Source of the DNA: Promethearchaeota archaeon
Lineage (GTDB): Archaea; Asgardarchaeota; Lokiarchaeia; Sigyniarchaeales; SOKP01
Reading direction: 5' to 3'
Length of the DNA: 41,240 nucleotides
NCBI GenBank assembly: GCA_048938445.1
Contig: JBHLME010000026.1
Coordinates: 1-41,240, forward strand
This document shows positions 19,688 through 30,303 of this stretch, in pieces. The notes beneath the pieces are model-generated. The model searched no databases, had not been told where the DNA came from, and saw nothing but the letters and a program-made list of their open reading frames with translations. Numbering within the stretch: the stretch's first letter is position 1; every line of letters starts with the position of its first letter. Made by a program: the position numbers and the translations under genes.

Positions 19688-20905
19688 ATTAAGAATTTAG
19701 AAATCTTAAAAGATGTGTTTTTTGTTGGATATGTTGATTGGGAAGTTAGAAATTTTCATGGATATTCTACTCATAAAGGAAGTTCCTACAACGCTTACAT
19801 AGTCAAGAGTGGTGATAAAACCATTTTAATCGATACTGTCAAACGTCCTTATTTTAATTACTTTTTGAAAAACATAAAAGATGTATGTGATCCCGGCGAA
19901 ATTGATTATTTTATAGTTAATCATATTGAACCTGATCACTCCGGTTCATTTCCTTTAATTATATCACACCTCCCAAATGCTGAGATCATAGCATCTGTGA
20001 AAGGTGTTGAAATCTTGGAGCAACATTATCATGAAGAAGTAGATGTAGAAGTTTTCAAGAAAATACGAGCGGTTGGAGAAGGAGATACATTAGATGTTGG
20101 AAATGGTAAAGTTTTTACTTTTGTACCTATCCCAATGATTCATTGGCCAGATTCAATGGTATCTTTCATGTCTGATGAAAATGGAAAAAATGTGTTATTT
20201 TCTAACGATGCTTTTGGTCAACATTTAGCAACATCAAAATATTGGGATGATGAAAATCCAATTTCTGAGATATTTGAACAAGCAGCGAAATATTATGCAA
20301 ACATCTTATTGCACTTGTCTAAATTAATTGCCAAAACACTCCCTGCAGTAGGAGCACTCCCAATTGATATTATCTGTCCTTCACACGGTGTTGGATGGAG
20401 ATCTCACATACCAAAAATTATTGAAGCTTATACTAAATGGTCAAGTGGGGAAATTGAAGAAAATAGTGTCCTTATAGTATATGATACGATGTGGGAAAGT
20501 ACTGCAAAAATCGCGAAAGCCTTATACCAAGAAATATTTAAAAGGGGGATTCCAGTTAAGAGGTATAGGCTAACAAATGCAGATTATAGTGATGTGATCA
20601 CTGAGTCAATGAAAGCAAAAGCAATTTTAGTAGGAAGTCCAACTTTAAATATGGGATTGTACCCAACTATAGCAGAATACCTCTCTTATCAAAAGGGATT
20701 GAAACCAATGAATAAAATAGGATTAGCATTTGGTTCATATGGTTGGAGCAAGGGTGCTGTTAAGGCAATAATTGAGGAATTAAAAGCTACGAAAATCGAT
20801 GTTATGGATGAATCAATCGAAATTAAATTCGTTCCTCGCAGTGAAGACCTTAATTTTAAGGAAATAGTTGATAAGTTAGTTGAAAAAATGGAAAAGGGGG
20901 CTTAA
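19688..20905 (+). CDS. fprA: Flavodiiron protein (FprA/A-type flavoprotein); probable ATT start at 19688 (track: GTG 19715)
   Basis: GSSYNAY, NHIEPDHSG, HWPDSM, SNDAFGQH, PSHG, and flavodoxin domain YDTMWESTAK / AFGSYGW. Confidence 0.93.
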   Translation: MKNLEILKDVFFVGYVDWEVRNFHGYSTHKGSSYNAYIVKSGDKTILIDTVKRPYFNYFLKNIKDVCDPGEIDYFIVNHIEPDHSGSFPLIISHLPNAEIIASVKGVEILEQHYHEEVDVEVFKKIRAVGEGDTLDVGNGKVFTFVPIPMIHWPDSMVSFMSDENGKNVLFSNDAFGQHLATSKYWDDENPISEIFEQAAKYYANILLHLSKLIAKTLPAVGALPIDIICPSHGVGWRSHIPKIIEAYTKWSSGEIEENSVLIVYDTMWESTAKIAKALYQEIFKRGIPVKRYRLTNADYSDVITESMKAKAILVGSPTLNMGLYPTIAEYLSYQKGLKPMNKIGLAFGSYGWSKGAVKAIIEELKATKIDVMDESIEIKFVPRSEDLNFKEIVDKLVEKMEKGA

Positions 20906-20906
20906 A

Positions 20907-22268
20907 TTGGATTTTTCCTTAACTGATGAACAAATAAAGCTTCAAATGAAAGCAAGAGAGTTTGCGCTAAATCATATCCTTCCCGTTGTTCATAAATATG
21001 ATGATATTGGAATAACTCCATTGCACGTTATTGAAGAAGCATGGAAAGCAGGACTGATGAATTTAGACATCCCTAAAAAATATGGTGGGAATGAGTATGG
21101 TTTACTGGATTCCTCATTAGTTGTTGAGGAACTTGCTGCCTCGGGACCTGGAATGGCAACTAGTATCTTCGCTAATGGTCTGGGAGAAGAGCCGCTATTA
21201 ATGTCTGAGAATGAAGCTTTAAAAGAGGAAATATGTAAAGATCTATTAAATAGTTTTGGTTTAATCTCATTTGCAACTTCTGAACCAGTTATGGGTTCTG
21301 ATGTTGGAGGGATGATATGTAAGGCTGATAAAGATGGAGACGAATGGATCCTTAATGGAAAAAAATATTGGATCACAAATGCGGGTCTCGCGAAATATAT
21401 CTCTCTTTTTGCGAATGCCGATCCTAAGTCAAGACATAAGGGTATCTGTGGATTTATAATAAGAACTGATAAAGAAGGCGTAAAAACAGGAAGTCACATT
21501 GAAAAAATGGGTCATAGGTGTTCCAATACAACAGTTGTAGATTTAAAAGATTATAGGGTGCCTCCAGGTGATGTATTAGCGGAACCTGGTAAAGGTTTTC
21601 CGTTAGCGATGAAAACATTCGCGAGAACTCGACCAATTATTGGTGCGATGGCTACTGGGTTAGCTCGTTCGGCTATGGAATGGGCAATTCATTATGTTAA
21701 AAAACGCAAAGCATTTGGTCAACCGCTTGCTGAATTTCAAGCACTCCAGTTTAAAATAGCTGAAATGTATCAAAAAGTGGAAACTGCTCGATTGATGACA
21801 TGGAGGGCTAGCTGGGATGCAGATACAGGGAAAGATCCGCTGATATGGGCTTCAATGACCAAGTTTTATGCAACTGAGATTGCGTTAGAAGTTGCGAATG
21901 ATGCCTTACAATGTTATGGTGGTTATGGCTATACAAAAATGATGCCAATAGAAAAATTATTTCGAGATGCGAAGCTATATCAGATTTATGAAGGAACCAC
22001 ACAAATTCAGAAATTAATCATATCGAGACATGCTTTGGGATCATATCAACCAATAATGCCTGCAATAGAAGATGTACCTTACGCTCCTGTCGATGAGGAT
22101 TGGAAACAAAAAACGGAATATTGGGATGATATTAATAAATCAAAAGGAGCTAAAAAAGCGTGGAGATGCCGTATTTGCGGCCATATTCATTATGGAGATG
22201 AGCCACCAGAAGAGTGCCCGGTCTGTAAATATCCTAAAGGTGTCTTCAAGGAAGTTTGGTCAATATAA
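20907..22268 (+). CDS. Acyl-CoA dehydrogenase with C-terminal rubredoxin-like domain
   Basis: TTG start gives MDFSLTDEQ. FATSEP..GSD, LNGKKYWITN, RKAFGQ, GGYGY, IYEGTTQIQ; C-terminal WRCRICGHIH...PEECPVC. Confidence 0.92.
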   Translation: MDFSLTDEQIKLQMKAREFALNHILPVVHKYDDIGITPLHVIEEAWKAGLMNLDIPKKYGGNEYGLLDSSLVVEELAASGPGMATSIFANGLGEEPLLMSENEALKEEICKDLLNSFGLISFATSEPVMGSDVGGMICKADKDGDEWILNGKKYWITNAGLAKYISLFANADPKSRHKGICGFIIRTDKEGVKTGSHIEKMGHRCSNTTVVDLKDYRVPPGDVLAEPGKGFPLAMKTFARTRPIIGAMATGLARSAMEWAIHYVKKRKAFGQPLAEFQALQFKIAEMYQKVETARLMTWRASWDADTGKDPLIWASMTKFYATEIALEVANDALQCYGGYGYTKMMPIEKLFRDAKLYQIYEGTTQIQKLIISRHALGSYQPIMPAIEDVPYAPVDEDWKQKTEYWDDINKSKGAKKAWRCRICGHIHYGDEPPEECPVCKYPKGVFKEVWSI

Positions 22269-22524
22269 TCAAAGAAATTTTTCTTTTTTATTTTTTTAAG
22301 TTTAACTTTTCAATAAGGAAAGTCTGAGGATTTAAACTCACTTTTCATGTTCATGATCTACACTTAATGTTAATTGAAAACTTATACAGTTAAAATAATA
22401 GTAATATTTTAGCTTTTATATTCCAATTTAAATTATATGATATAAATTCAAATTCAATAAAGTTAAATCATTGATAATTATTTCAAATTTCAATGATTAA
22501 TTAAAAAAAAATGGTGAATTCTAA

Positions 22525-24216
22525 TTGAAATTAAGATTCAATAAAAAATTTAAGCGAATTGCTCTGATATGCGCTCTTTTTTCACTCTTTATTATAGGTA
22601 CAATATTAATATATATAATACCTATTAGTGTGAAAATAATTCCGGGACAGACTGTTATAACCGATGATGGAGTGACTATTTACTTCAATGTTTATGAACC
22701 AGTTAATGGTGATGACGTAAAGAACGCGATTATATTGGGGCATGGGGGATCTGCAAATAAAGAATTTATGAAAGGATATGCAATCGAAATGGCAGCAGCA
22801 GGTTTTGTCGCTGTGACATTAGACTTTCGAGGACACGGTCAAAGCATGGGAGAAATTGATTTTTCCTTATTAGCTAATGATGTTCGAGCAGTAAAAGATA
22901 AATACCTAGCCGAACGTGGAGATATAAATATGAGTAATCTGGGATATCTTGGATATAGCATGGGGGGATGGCCTGGAAATGAAATTGTTAAAGAAGATGA
23001 GGCTTTCAAGTGTTTTATTTTAGTAGGATCTAGTTTACTTATCAAAAAAAATGAAATTGACAATCGAAGTCTAAATATACTTATGATTCAAGCTCGTTAT
23101 GATGAAGCTCATACCTTAGAAAAAACTAAGGGAGAAATGGGAGCTTGGTTAGGTATGAATGGAGAGGCTATAGATGCAAATAAATTATATGGTGATTTTA
23201 ATGCAAATGCTTCAAAAATTTATCTTGATGATAATAGCGATCACTTAACTCTTTCATGGGATACAGATTTTATTAGAGAAGCAAGAAATTGGGTTATTAA
23301 CACATTTGATGAGGTGAGAGCTCCTGAAGAGAATTTCTTCGCACATTTTAGAATTTTAATACTCATAATGCAGACATTTGGGGGTCTTGGAGTTTTCTTT
23401 TTAATTATAAAACCTCTTTCTCAGTTAATCATAAATCCAAGGGAGGGAGAAGTTGTAAAGATTGAAGAACCAAATGAGAGCATAAGTAGCTTATCAAAAA
23501 ATATAATGTTATATTCATTAGTTTTTGGAATTCCAGGAATGTTACTTATGATATGGGTTTTATTTGTTCTACCACTAGTTACAGCAGGATTATTTACGAT
23601 GCTTTTATTCGGGCAAGCATTTGGAATACTTTTATTACTCAGAAAGATTGCTAAAAATGCAAAATCTTCACTAAAAGAATATTTAATGAAACCATTTAAA
23701 ATATCAAGAAATTCATTGCTTAAACATGTTGTTTTAGGACTTATTTTAGGAGGAATTTTGTATTTGATTCTAATACTTACATTCGGATTAAATTATATAG
23801 GAATGATCCCTTCCATTATCAAAATTCCATGGATTCTAATATACTTTGCATTTATTTTATTCGTAGTACTGATACAAGGAATATTTCTACAGTTAATTTA
23901 TCAAACAAAACTGAAAAGTAAGTCCAAAGGTTTAACTAAGACAGCTCTTTTCGGATTCATGAGTCAAATCATATACTTATACGTGTTTATATTAGCTTTC
24001 TCAATGATAACCAATAATTATTTTACATTAATATTCTTAACAATCGCAACTCCAGTTACTCTTTTAAGTAGCTTCGTTTTAGTGTTTCTATATAAAAATT
24101 CTGGGAATATTATAGCTGGAGCAATTATAGTCGCGTTTATCATAATTTGTTTATTGTGTACATTAGCTCCATTTTCGTTTTCAATAGGCAGTTCAGCACC
24201 ATACCTATCCATATAA
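22525..24216 (+). CDS. Membrane-bound alpha/beta hydrolase with C-terminal multi-TM domain
   Basis: HGGS, DFRGHGQS, nucleophile elbow GYSMGG, N-terminal anchor and ~8 C-terminal TMs; GGTGA SD before TTG. Confidence 0.85.
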   Translation: MKLRFNKKFKRIALICALFSLFIIGTILIYIIPISVKIIPGQTVITDDGVTIYFNVYEPVNGDDVKNAIILGHGGSANKEFMKGYAIEMAAAGFVAVTLDFRGHGQSMGEIDFSLLANDVRAVKDKYLAERGDINMSNLGYLGYSMGGWPGNEIVKEDEAFKCFILVGSSLLIKKNEIDNRSLNILMIQARYDEAHTLEKTKGEMGAWLGMNGEAIDANKLYGDFNANASKIYLDDNSDHLTLSWDTDFIREARNWVINTFDEVRAPEENFFAHFRILILIMQTFGGLGVFFLIIKPLSQLIINPREGEVVKIEEPNESISSLSKNIMLYSLVFGIPGMLLMIWVLFVLPLVTAGLFTMLLFGQAFGILLLLRKIAKNAKSSLKEYLMKPFKISRNSLLKHVVLGLILGGILYLILILTFGLNYIGMIPSIIKIPWILIYFAFILFVVLIQGIFLQLIYQTKLKSKSKGLTKTALFGFMSQIIYLYVFILAFSMITNNYFTLIFLTIATPVTLLSSFVLVFLYKNSGNIIAGAIIVAFIIICLLCTLAPFSFSIGSSAPYLSI

Positions 24217-24288
24217 AGAATAATCAAGTTTAAGCAAAATTTTTTTTTATAATACTTTACCTTTTATTAAAAAGAAGAATAATCCAAT

Positions 24289-24915
24289 TTATTGAATTAT
24301 GTATCCTTCCTTTTTCCAAGCTTTTCCCATAACATCATTCTGTTTAAGATATTCCTTTTTTACATTTTCAGGAACTCGGTTAAATGGACATGAAAAATTA
24401 ATACAACTTTTACAGCTTCTTGTCAAAATGATGAATATCCATACAATTATCCCCACAATCGATAATAAAAATAAAAAATATTGCTTTCCAAGAATTAAAA
24501 AGATTAAAGGATAAATGAACGATATAACTATTCCACTTAACCACTGTATTTTTTCTGATTGATTCATGGATTCTGGATGGTATTGCCATAATTTATAAAA
24601 ACCATAATGTGTATGACATCTAAGAAATTTACCTTCTTGATTATAATAAGGGCAATGACTGCATAAAATCCGGTTTTCCCAAATAAAATAAAAAATACTC
24701 ATAAAAATCAAGTAAATTGCAATCCAGATTATAAAACCACTTATAAACATTCCATACAATGAAAGGACGAAAATAAAAATAAGGGGTATGAAAAATAGTA
24801 GCGTATCTTTAATCCTAAACTCACATCTGATTTTTTTATTAAGAGAACAATCTCTACAATCATATCCCGACTTATTACAGAGGTTTTTCTTATCTATATT
24901 ATTATTAGATTTCAT
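24289..24915 (-). CDS. Cys-rich 4-TM membrane protein
   Basis: CRDC, LCSHCPYY..RC and CKSCINFSCPFN motifs flanking TM pairs. Confidence 0.7.
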   Translation of the reverse strand: MKSNNNIDKKNLCNKSGYDCRDCSLNKKIRCEFRIKDTLLFFIPLIFIFVLSLYGMFISGFIIWIAIYLIFMSIFYFIWENRILCSHCPYYNQEGKFLRCHTHYGFYKLWQYHPESMNQSEKIQWLSGIVISFIYPLIFLILGKQYFLFLLSIVGIIVWIFIILTRSCKSCINFSCPFNRVPENVKKEYLKQNDVMGKAWKKEGYIIQ

Positions 24916-24925
24916 TGGATTTTTT

Positions 24926-25990
24926 TTAAAACCATTTTTTTTTCTTAAAATAAATAATCATTATAATTCCCATAGACAACATTATCGTAATAAGGATTAT
25001 TGGCGCCCATATTTCATTTATCCAAGGAAGAAATGTTAGATTCATGCCAAAAAACCCTGTAATAAAAGTGATTGGTATAAATATTGTTGAAATGATTGTA
25101 AGAACTTTCATGACTTCATTTAACTTATTATTTACACTCGATAGATAAACATTCAGCATTTCAAATAACATGTTTTGAAAAGTTTCAACCGTTTCAATAA
25201 TATAGAGTACATGATCCTGAATATCATTTATGTATAAAATAGTGTTTTCTTGAATGTATTCCGATTTAGAGATGATTAATCTATTTAAAATTTCCTTTAA
25301 TGGTAGAGCATTTTTTAATATTATATTAATATTCCTTTTTAACCTAAGGATTTTATGAAGAGTTATTTCTGTTGGATTTGAAATCAGTTCTTTTTCAGTT
25401 TTTTCAATTTTTTCAGCAATTTCTTCAAGAATCATCAAATAATTATCTACAATTATATCTAATAAGGAATATAGCAAATAATCTGATTTTGAGGTTCTTA
25501 ATAAACCAATATTTTCTTGAATTCTAAGTTCGATTGCATTAAAAATGTCATTTTCGCGCTCTTTAAAGCAAATTATATGATTTTTACCCAAGATTAAGCC
25601 TATTTGTTCCCTTGTTAATTTATCATCATCACTAGAATAGTTTAAGTTTTTTAGAATTAAAAAAATACCACTATCCATTATGACAATTTTAGGTCTCTGT
25701 TCTGTATTCATTATATCTTCTAAAAGAAGTTGATGTAAATTAATTATGGATCCAATTTTTTCGATTACATCCGCATCAGATATTCCCATAATATTAATCC
25801 ATTTTATATCGGAATCATTTAATAATAATTTAACCTCATCCAAATTTATATTAACTTCATGTAAAAATTTCTCTTTTGTATACGATGTAGCTGAAATTTT
25901 TGTTTTTTTATGAATTTCGTCTCCTATGTACAACAGAGTACCTGGAGGAAGTCCTTTTTTCTTTGAGATATTTTTAATTAATTCTGGCAT
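24926..25990 (-). CDS. corA: Magnesium/cobalt transporter CorA
   Basis: GLPPGTL, LEDIMNTEQRPK, NEVMKVLTI, the GMN motif and two C-terminal TMs. Confidence 0.95.
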   Translation of the reverse strand: MPELIKNISKKKGLPPGTLLYIGDEIHKKTKISATSYTKEKFLHEVNINLDEVKLLLNDSDIKWINIMGISDADVIEKIGSIINLHQLLLEDIMNTEQRPKIVIMDSGIFLILKNLNYSSDDDKLTREQIGLILGKNHIICFKERENDIFNAIELRIQENIGLLRTSKSDYLLYSLLDIIVDNYLMILEEIAEKIEKTEKELISNPTEITLHKILRLKRNINIILKNALPLKEILNRLIISKSEYIQENTILYINDIQDHVLYIIETVETFQNMLFEMLNVYLSSVNNKLNEVMKVLTIISTIFIPITFITGFFGMNLTFLPWINEIWAPIILITIMLSMGIIMIIYFKKKKWF

Positions 25991-26050
25991 GATATATCAA
26001 AAATAACTATAAAATAATATGAAAAAAAATAAAAAATTTGAAAAAATTCA

Positions 26051-28495
26051 TTAATGATCCTCTGAAATGTTTTTGTCTTTACGCCTTATATATCTGACTG
26101 TAGCTACTTTAATAAAATTTGCAATTACGAAAGCAATAATAGCGTATAACCATACGAAAAGTGCTAACCAACCAATTGGGTCCATTAAGAATCCAAACGC
26201 AGCGAATAGAGTTGCAACAACTTGAGTGGATTCACATGCAATAAATAGTATTTTTGCAGGAAAAGGACGTTGCCAAAAATGATTTTCCTCTGTTCTAGTT
26301 AAATATATCGTCATATGGCCTCCTACAGCTAATTTCAAGAATATTAAAGTTTGCAACGCACCTCCGGTTAGTCCGAATATATTCCTTCCGATCAAATAGA
26401 GCGAGAAGCTAAAAAACACACCTGTGATTCCTAATACCGTTGAAATAAGTAAAACTCGTCTCATTTTCCAACGAACTGGAACTTGTGAAGGTTTAGCGTT
26501 GTCAAAGGCGATTGTCATGATCGGTAAATCGTTTAAAAGAGCTAAAAGCACAATCATTATAGCAGAAATTGGATATGAACTAAATATCAAAATTGCTAGA
26601 ACTAAAAAAATTAAAACCCTTACGGTCTCTGCAATACGGTATGTTGCGTAGCTTTTCATTCGTTCGAAGATTATCCGGCTTTCTTCTGTCGCTCCGATTA
26701 TAACTGAAAGACCTGGCTCTGTGAGGACAATATCGGCTGCGGATTTTGCAGCATCGGTTGCGTTTGATACTGCTATTCCTACATCTGCTTTTTTTAATGC
26801 TGGCGCATCATTCACACCATCACCGGTCATTCCTACGACATGGCCTTTATTTTGAAGTTCATTTACAATATTATATTTATGTTCTGGATAAACTTCTGCA
26901 AATCCATTTGCTTCTTCAGCTAATTTCACAGCATCGGCACCTTTTTTATCTAAAAGTGTAGATGCTGAAACAAAATTATCTCCCATACCTAACTTCGATG
27001 CTATTTGTTTTGCTATCGCAGCGTGATCGCCCGTTACCATCTTAACATCTATACCCATGGATACTGCTGTTTTGATAGTTTCAGCTGAATCTTCTCTTGG
27101 AGGATCAAATAGGGCTACTATTCCAATATAATGCCAAACTCCATCTGAATCTGTTTTTGCAATACCTAAGGCACGAAATCCTTGAGATGCGAATTGGTTT
27201 CCATTTTTTTCAACTAAAGGTTCAAGTTCTGATTTGTTAGATACTAACGATAAAATTACTTGTATTGCACCTTTCGATACTTTCATTTTTTGACCATTTT
27301 TTTCTACTAGTGCTTCAGTTCTTTTTATAACAGGATCAAAGGGCTTGAATTTAAGGATATGATATTCACTTATTTTTCCCTCAAATTCATTAAATTTATT
27401 AAAAAATGCATCATCAATAGGATCCTTATCTTCCTCCCTTGATGCTAACACTCCATATAAAACTACATCATTGGAAGTAAATTCATCAAAAGGGATTATT
27501 TCACCAATTGATATTTCATTTTTAGTTATGGTACCCGTTTTATCGGAACATAGTATATCAATTCCTGCTAATTCCTCAATTGATAACAATCTTTTAGCAA
27601 TCGCTTTTTTCTTTGCTAGATCCGCCGCTCCAATTGCCATTGAAACCATTAACACGGCAGGAAGAGCAACAGGAATAGCTGCAATTATTAATACTAGGGC
27701 GAATTGTAAAACTTCAAAAAAACTTTCACGTCTTAATAATTGTATAATAAACATCATTAGAACTAAACACACTGCTAAAATGATCAAATAATTTCCGATT
27801 CTAATAATAGCTTTTTGAAAATGGCTTTTTGTCCTTGCTTCAGCAACTAATGATGTAGTTTTGCCAAAAAATGTATTTAAGCCCGTATCAACAACAATAC
27901 CATTCATTTCTCCCTTTCTTACTATTGCACCTTCATATGCTATATCAGATGGCCCTTTATCTACAGGTAAAGATTCACCCGTTAATACAGATTCATCTAA
28001 AGTAAGGTAATCACCCTCAAAAAGCTTTATATCTGCAGGTATTATGTCTCCTAACCGAACTCGAATTACATCTCCGGGTATAAGTTCACTTGCTGCTAAT
28101 ACTAACCACTTTCCATCACGTAATACCCGCGCTTGAAGCGCTAATTTCTGTTTTAACATTTCAACGGCATCATCTGCTTTTTTTTCTTCCCAAAACCTCA
28201 CAATAGCATTTATTAACAACATAGCAATTATAATGGAAAAATCATCCCAATGCTGAATTACTACCGATAAAATCGCTGCAATTTCTATCATCCATGGAAT
28301 AGGTCCCCAGAAATTATCTAAAAACTTCCTTAAAGGACTTACCTTTTTTTCAATAATTTCATTTGGACCATATATCTCAAGACGCTTTTTAGCTTCAGAG
28401 GTGGTGAGTCCTTTTTCATTTGTTTGTAATATATTAAAGATTTGGCTTATATTTGCGTCTTTTGCTTCTTCTGTTTTGATTATTTGTTGAGTCAT
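26051..28495 (-). CDS. P-type IIIA plasma-membrane proton-efflux ATPase
   Basis: LTGESLPV, IPVALPAV, CSDKTGT, KGA, DPPR, TGDGVNDAPALK; TM6 LLNDLPIMTIAFD carries the proton-acceptor Asp. Confidence 0.92.
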   Translation of the reverse strand: MTQQIIKTEEAKDANISQIFNILQTNEKGLTTSEAKKRLEIYGPNEIIEKKVSPLRKFLDNFWGPIPWMIEIAAILSVVIQHWDDFSIIIAMLLINAIVRFWEEKKADDAVEMLKQKLALQARVLRDGKWLVLAASELIPGDVIRVRLGDIIPADIKLFEGDYLTLDESVLTGESLPVDKGPSDIAYEGAIVRKGEMNGIVVDTGLNTFFGKTTSLVAEARTKSHFQKAIIRIGNYLIILAVCLVLMMFIIQLLRRESFFEVLQFALVLIIAAIPVALPAVLMVSMAIGAADLAKKKAIAKRLLSIEELAGIDILCSDKTGTITKNEISIGEIIPFDEFTSNDVVLYGVLASREEDKDPIDDAFFNKFNEFEGKISEYHILKFKPFDPVIKRTEALVEKNGQKMKVSKGAIQVILSLVSNKSELEPLVEKNGNQFASQGFRALGIAKTDSDGVWHYIGIVALFDPPREDSAETIKTAVSMGIDVKMVTGDHAAIAKQIASKLGMGDNFVSASTLLDKKGADAVKLAEEANGFAEVYPEHKYNIVNELQNKGHVVGMTGDGVNDAPALKKADVGIAVSNATDAAKSAADIVLTEPGLSVIIGATEESRIIFERMKSYATYRIAETVRVLIFLVLAILIFSSYPISAIMIVLLALLNDLPIMTIAFDNAKPSQVPVRWKMRRVLLISTVLGITGVFFSFSLYLIGRNIFGLTGGALQTLIFLKLAVGGHMTIYLTRTEENHFWQRPFPAKILFIACESTQVVATLFAAFGFLMDPIGWLALFVWLYAIIAFVIANFIKVATVRYIRRKDKNISEDH

Positions 28496-28599
28496 TATTT
28501 TTTGTTCCTTTTTTATTAGATTTAATTAATTGAATTTATTATTCGTTGTTATGATCCAACTTTTAAACCTTTAGCTAATAAATTAAAACTAAAAAATAA

Positions 28600-30303
28600 T
28601 CATTTTTTTGTTTTCCAAAGAGGTTGTCTTTCTAATAAATATGCCTTATCTGCATATTCCTCAATCATTCGATTTGTATTAAAATAAGAACCCAATTTAA
28701 TAGAATGCTTCATTTTTTCTTGCCATTCATTTTTATTATCATAATAGGTAGGGATAATTTGATTTTCTAATATTTGGTATATATCTTCAGCATCAGAAGA
28801 ATCTTTTAAAATTTCAGCATTAGGATCACTTGATGGGGGTCCTATTGCCCAACCAGCCATTTTATCCGACATGGTATATCCTTCAATCCACCACCCATCT
28901 AAAACTGAAAAATTTAAAACACCATTAATCGCAGCTTTCATTCCACTTGTTCCACTTGCTTCCATATATCTTCTTGGTGTATTCAACCATACATCTACAC
29001 CACTAGTTAAAAGTTTTGCTAACTCTATATCATAATTTTCTAAAAATACGAGACCAATTTCATAAGAATTCCATAAATAATCACTATTGTCGTTAATCGC
29101 TTTAATAAATGATTTGGATTGAACATCTGCGGGATGAGCCTTTCCTGCGAATATGAATTGCACTTTATTTTTTACTATCTTGGCCAATCGTTCGAGATCC
29201 GTAAAAAGAAGCAAAGGTCTTTTATATTCCGCCATCCTTCGTGCAAAACCAATTGTTAATAAATTATTATCAAATAACACCCAAGAATGCGAACGTTCAT
29301 AATTAAGGAGATCATGCTTTGCCTTGAGATGTACTCGCCAGAGCTCATAATTATCTAATTCAAGTGCTCGTTGTAAAATACTAAGATCATGATGCCAATT
29401 GCGACCTAATTCATCATTCAAGAACTGTCTCATGTATTTCGAAAGCCAATAACCAACATGAATTCCATTAGTTATAGAATTAATGGTATGTCTTGGAAAC
29501 ATTTTCTTAGAAACTTCTGAATGTTTCTTTGATACAGCATTTACATATCTACTTCCATTCAGGGCAAGAATAGTCATGTTGAGGTCATTTTTTCCAGCGA
29601 ATTCCTTTATATTCTTAGGTATTCTGTTTCTAAAGACATCATTGACTAAATCATAATTAAATTCCTCAAGTCCTGCTCTGACAGGAGTATGGGTTGAAAA
29701 TACACAATGTTTCTTGACCTCATCAAGGGTTTCATATTTTTTTAACAATTCAAAGATTAAAAAAGCAGCATGACCTTCATTTAAATGATATGTTTCAATG
29801 TGATTATATCCTAATTTATCTAACATCCTATAACCACATATTCCTAAAATCATTTCTTGTACTATTCTTTGAAATCGGTTCGCATCATACAAAACATGGG
29901 TTAATTTTCGTTGCCATGGCTCATTATCAGGAATATCGGTATCAAGAAGGATCACGGGTACAATATGACCTGTTCTCCCTAAAATATTATACTTCCAAGC
30001 TTCAACGTTCAAGGTTTTATCTTGTAATTCAAATACGATTTTCTCTTTTAGTTTGATGAATTCTGTTTTAAAGGCCCATTCCATGTCTCTTTCGAATTGT
30101 TCTCCGCTTGGAGTAATCATTTGATAAAAGTATCCTGCATTGTAAGTTAAGGTTACACCCACCATTGGAATTTGTAAATCTGCTGCTGAACGAAGCGTAT
30201 CTCCTGCTAAAATCCCTAATCCTCCCGAATAAATAGGTAATCCACTTTCTAAAGCAATTTCCATTGAAAAATAGGCAATTTTTTGATTTATTTTTGATAT
30301 CAT
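28600..30303 (-). CDS. glgP: Alpha-glucan (glycogen/maltodextrin) phosphorylase
   Basis: YFSMEI, YSGGLGILAGD, HLNEGH, FARRMAEYKR, and the PLP site EASGTSGMK. Confidence 0.95.
   Translation of the reverse strand: MISKINQKIAYFSMEIALESGLPIYSGGLGILAGDTLRSAADLQIPMVGVTLTYNAGYFYQMITPSGEQFERDMEWAFKTEFIKLKEKIVFELQDKTLNVEAWKYNILGRTGHIVPVILLDTDIPDNEPWQRKLTHVLYDANRFQRIVQEMILGICGYRMLDKLGYNHIETYHLNEGHAAFLIFELLKKYETLDEVKKHCVFSTHTPVRAGLEEFNYDLVNDVFRNRIPKNIKEFAGKNDLNMTILALNGSRYVNAVSKKHSEVSKKMFPRHTINSITNGIHVGYWLSKYMRQFLNDELGRNWHHDLSILQRALELDNYELWRVHLKAKHDLLNYERSHSWVLFDNNLLTIGFARRMAEYKRPLLLFTDLERLAKIVKNKVQFIFAGKAHPADVQSKSFIKAINDNSDYLWNSYEIGLVFLENYDIELAKLLTSGVDVWLNTPRRYMEASGTSGMKAAINGVLNFSVLDGWWIEGYTMSDKMAGWAIGPPSSDPNAEILKDSSDAEDIYQILENQIIPTYYDNKNEWQEKMKHSIKLGSYFNTNRMIEEYADKAYLLERQPLWKTKK

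Noticed and set aside
20880-20906. ORF-track start of the acyl-CoA dehydrogenase
   Set aside because: It overlaps fprA; TTG 20907 gives the typical MDFSLT N-terminus.
26051-28495. P-type ATPase as Mg2+ importer MgtA because corA is adjacent
   Set aside because: IPVALP and LLND motifs fit type IIIA proton pumps, not the PEMLP motif of type IIIB.
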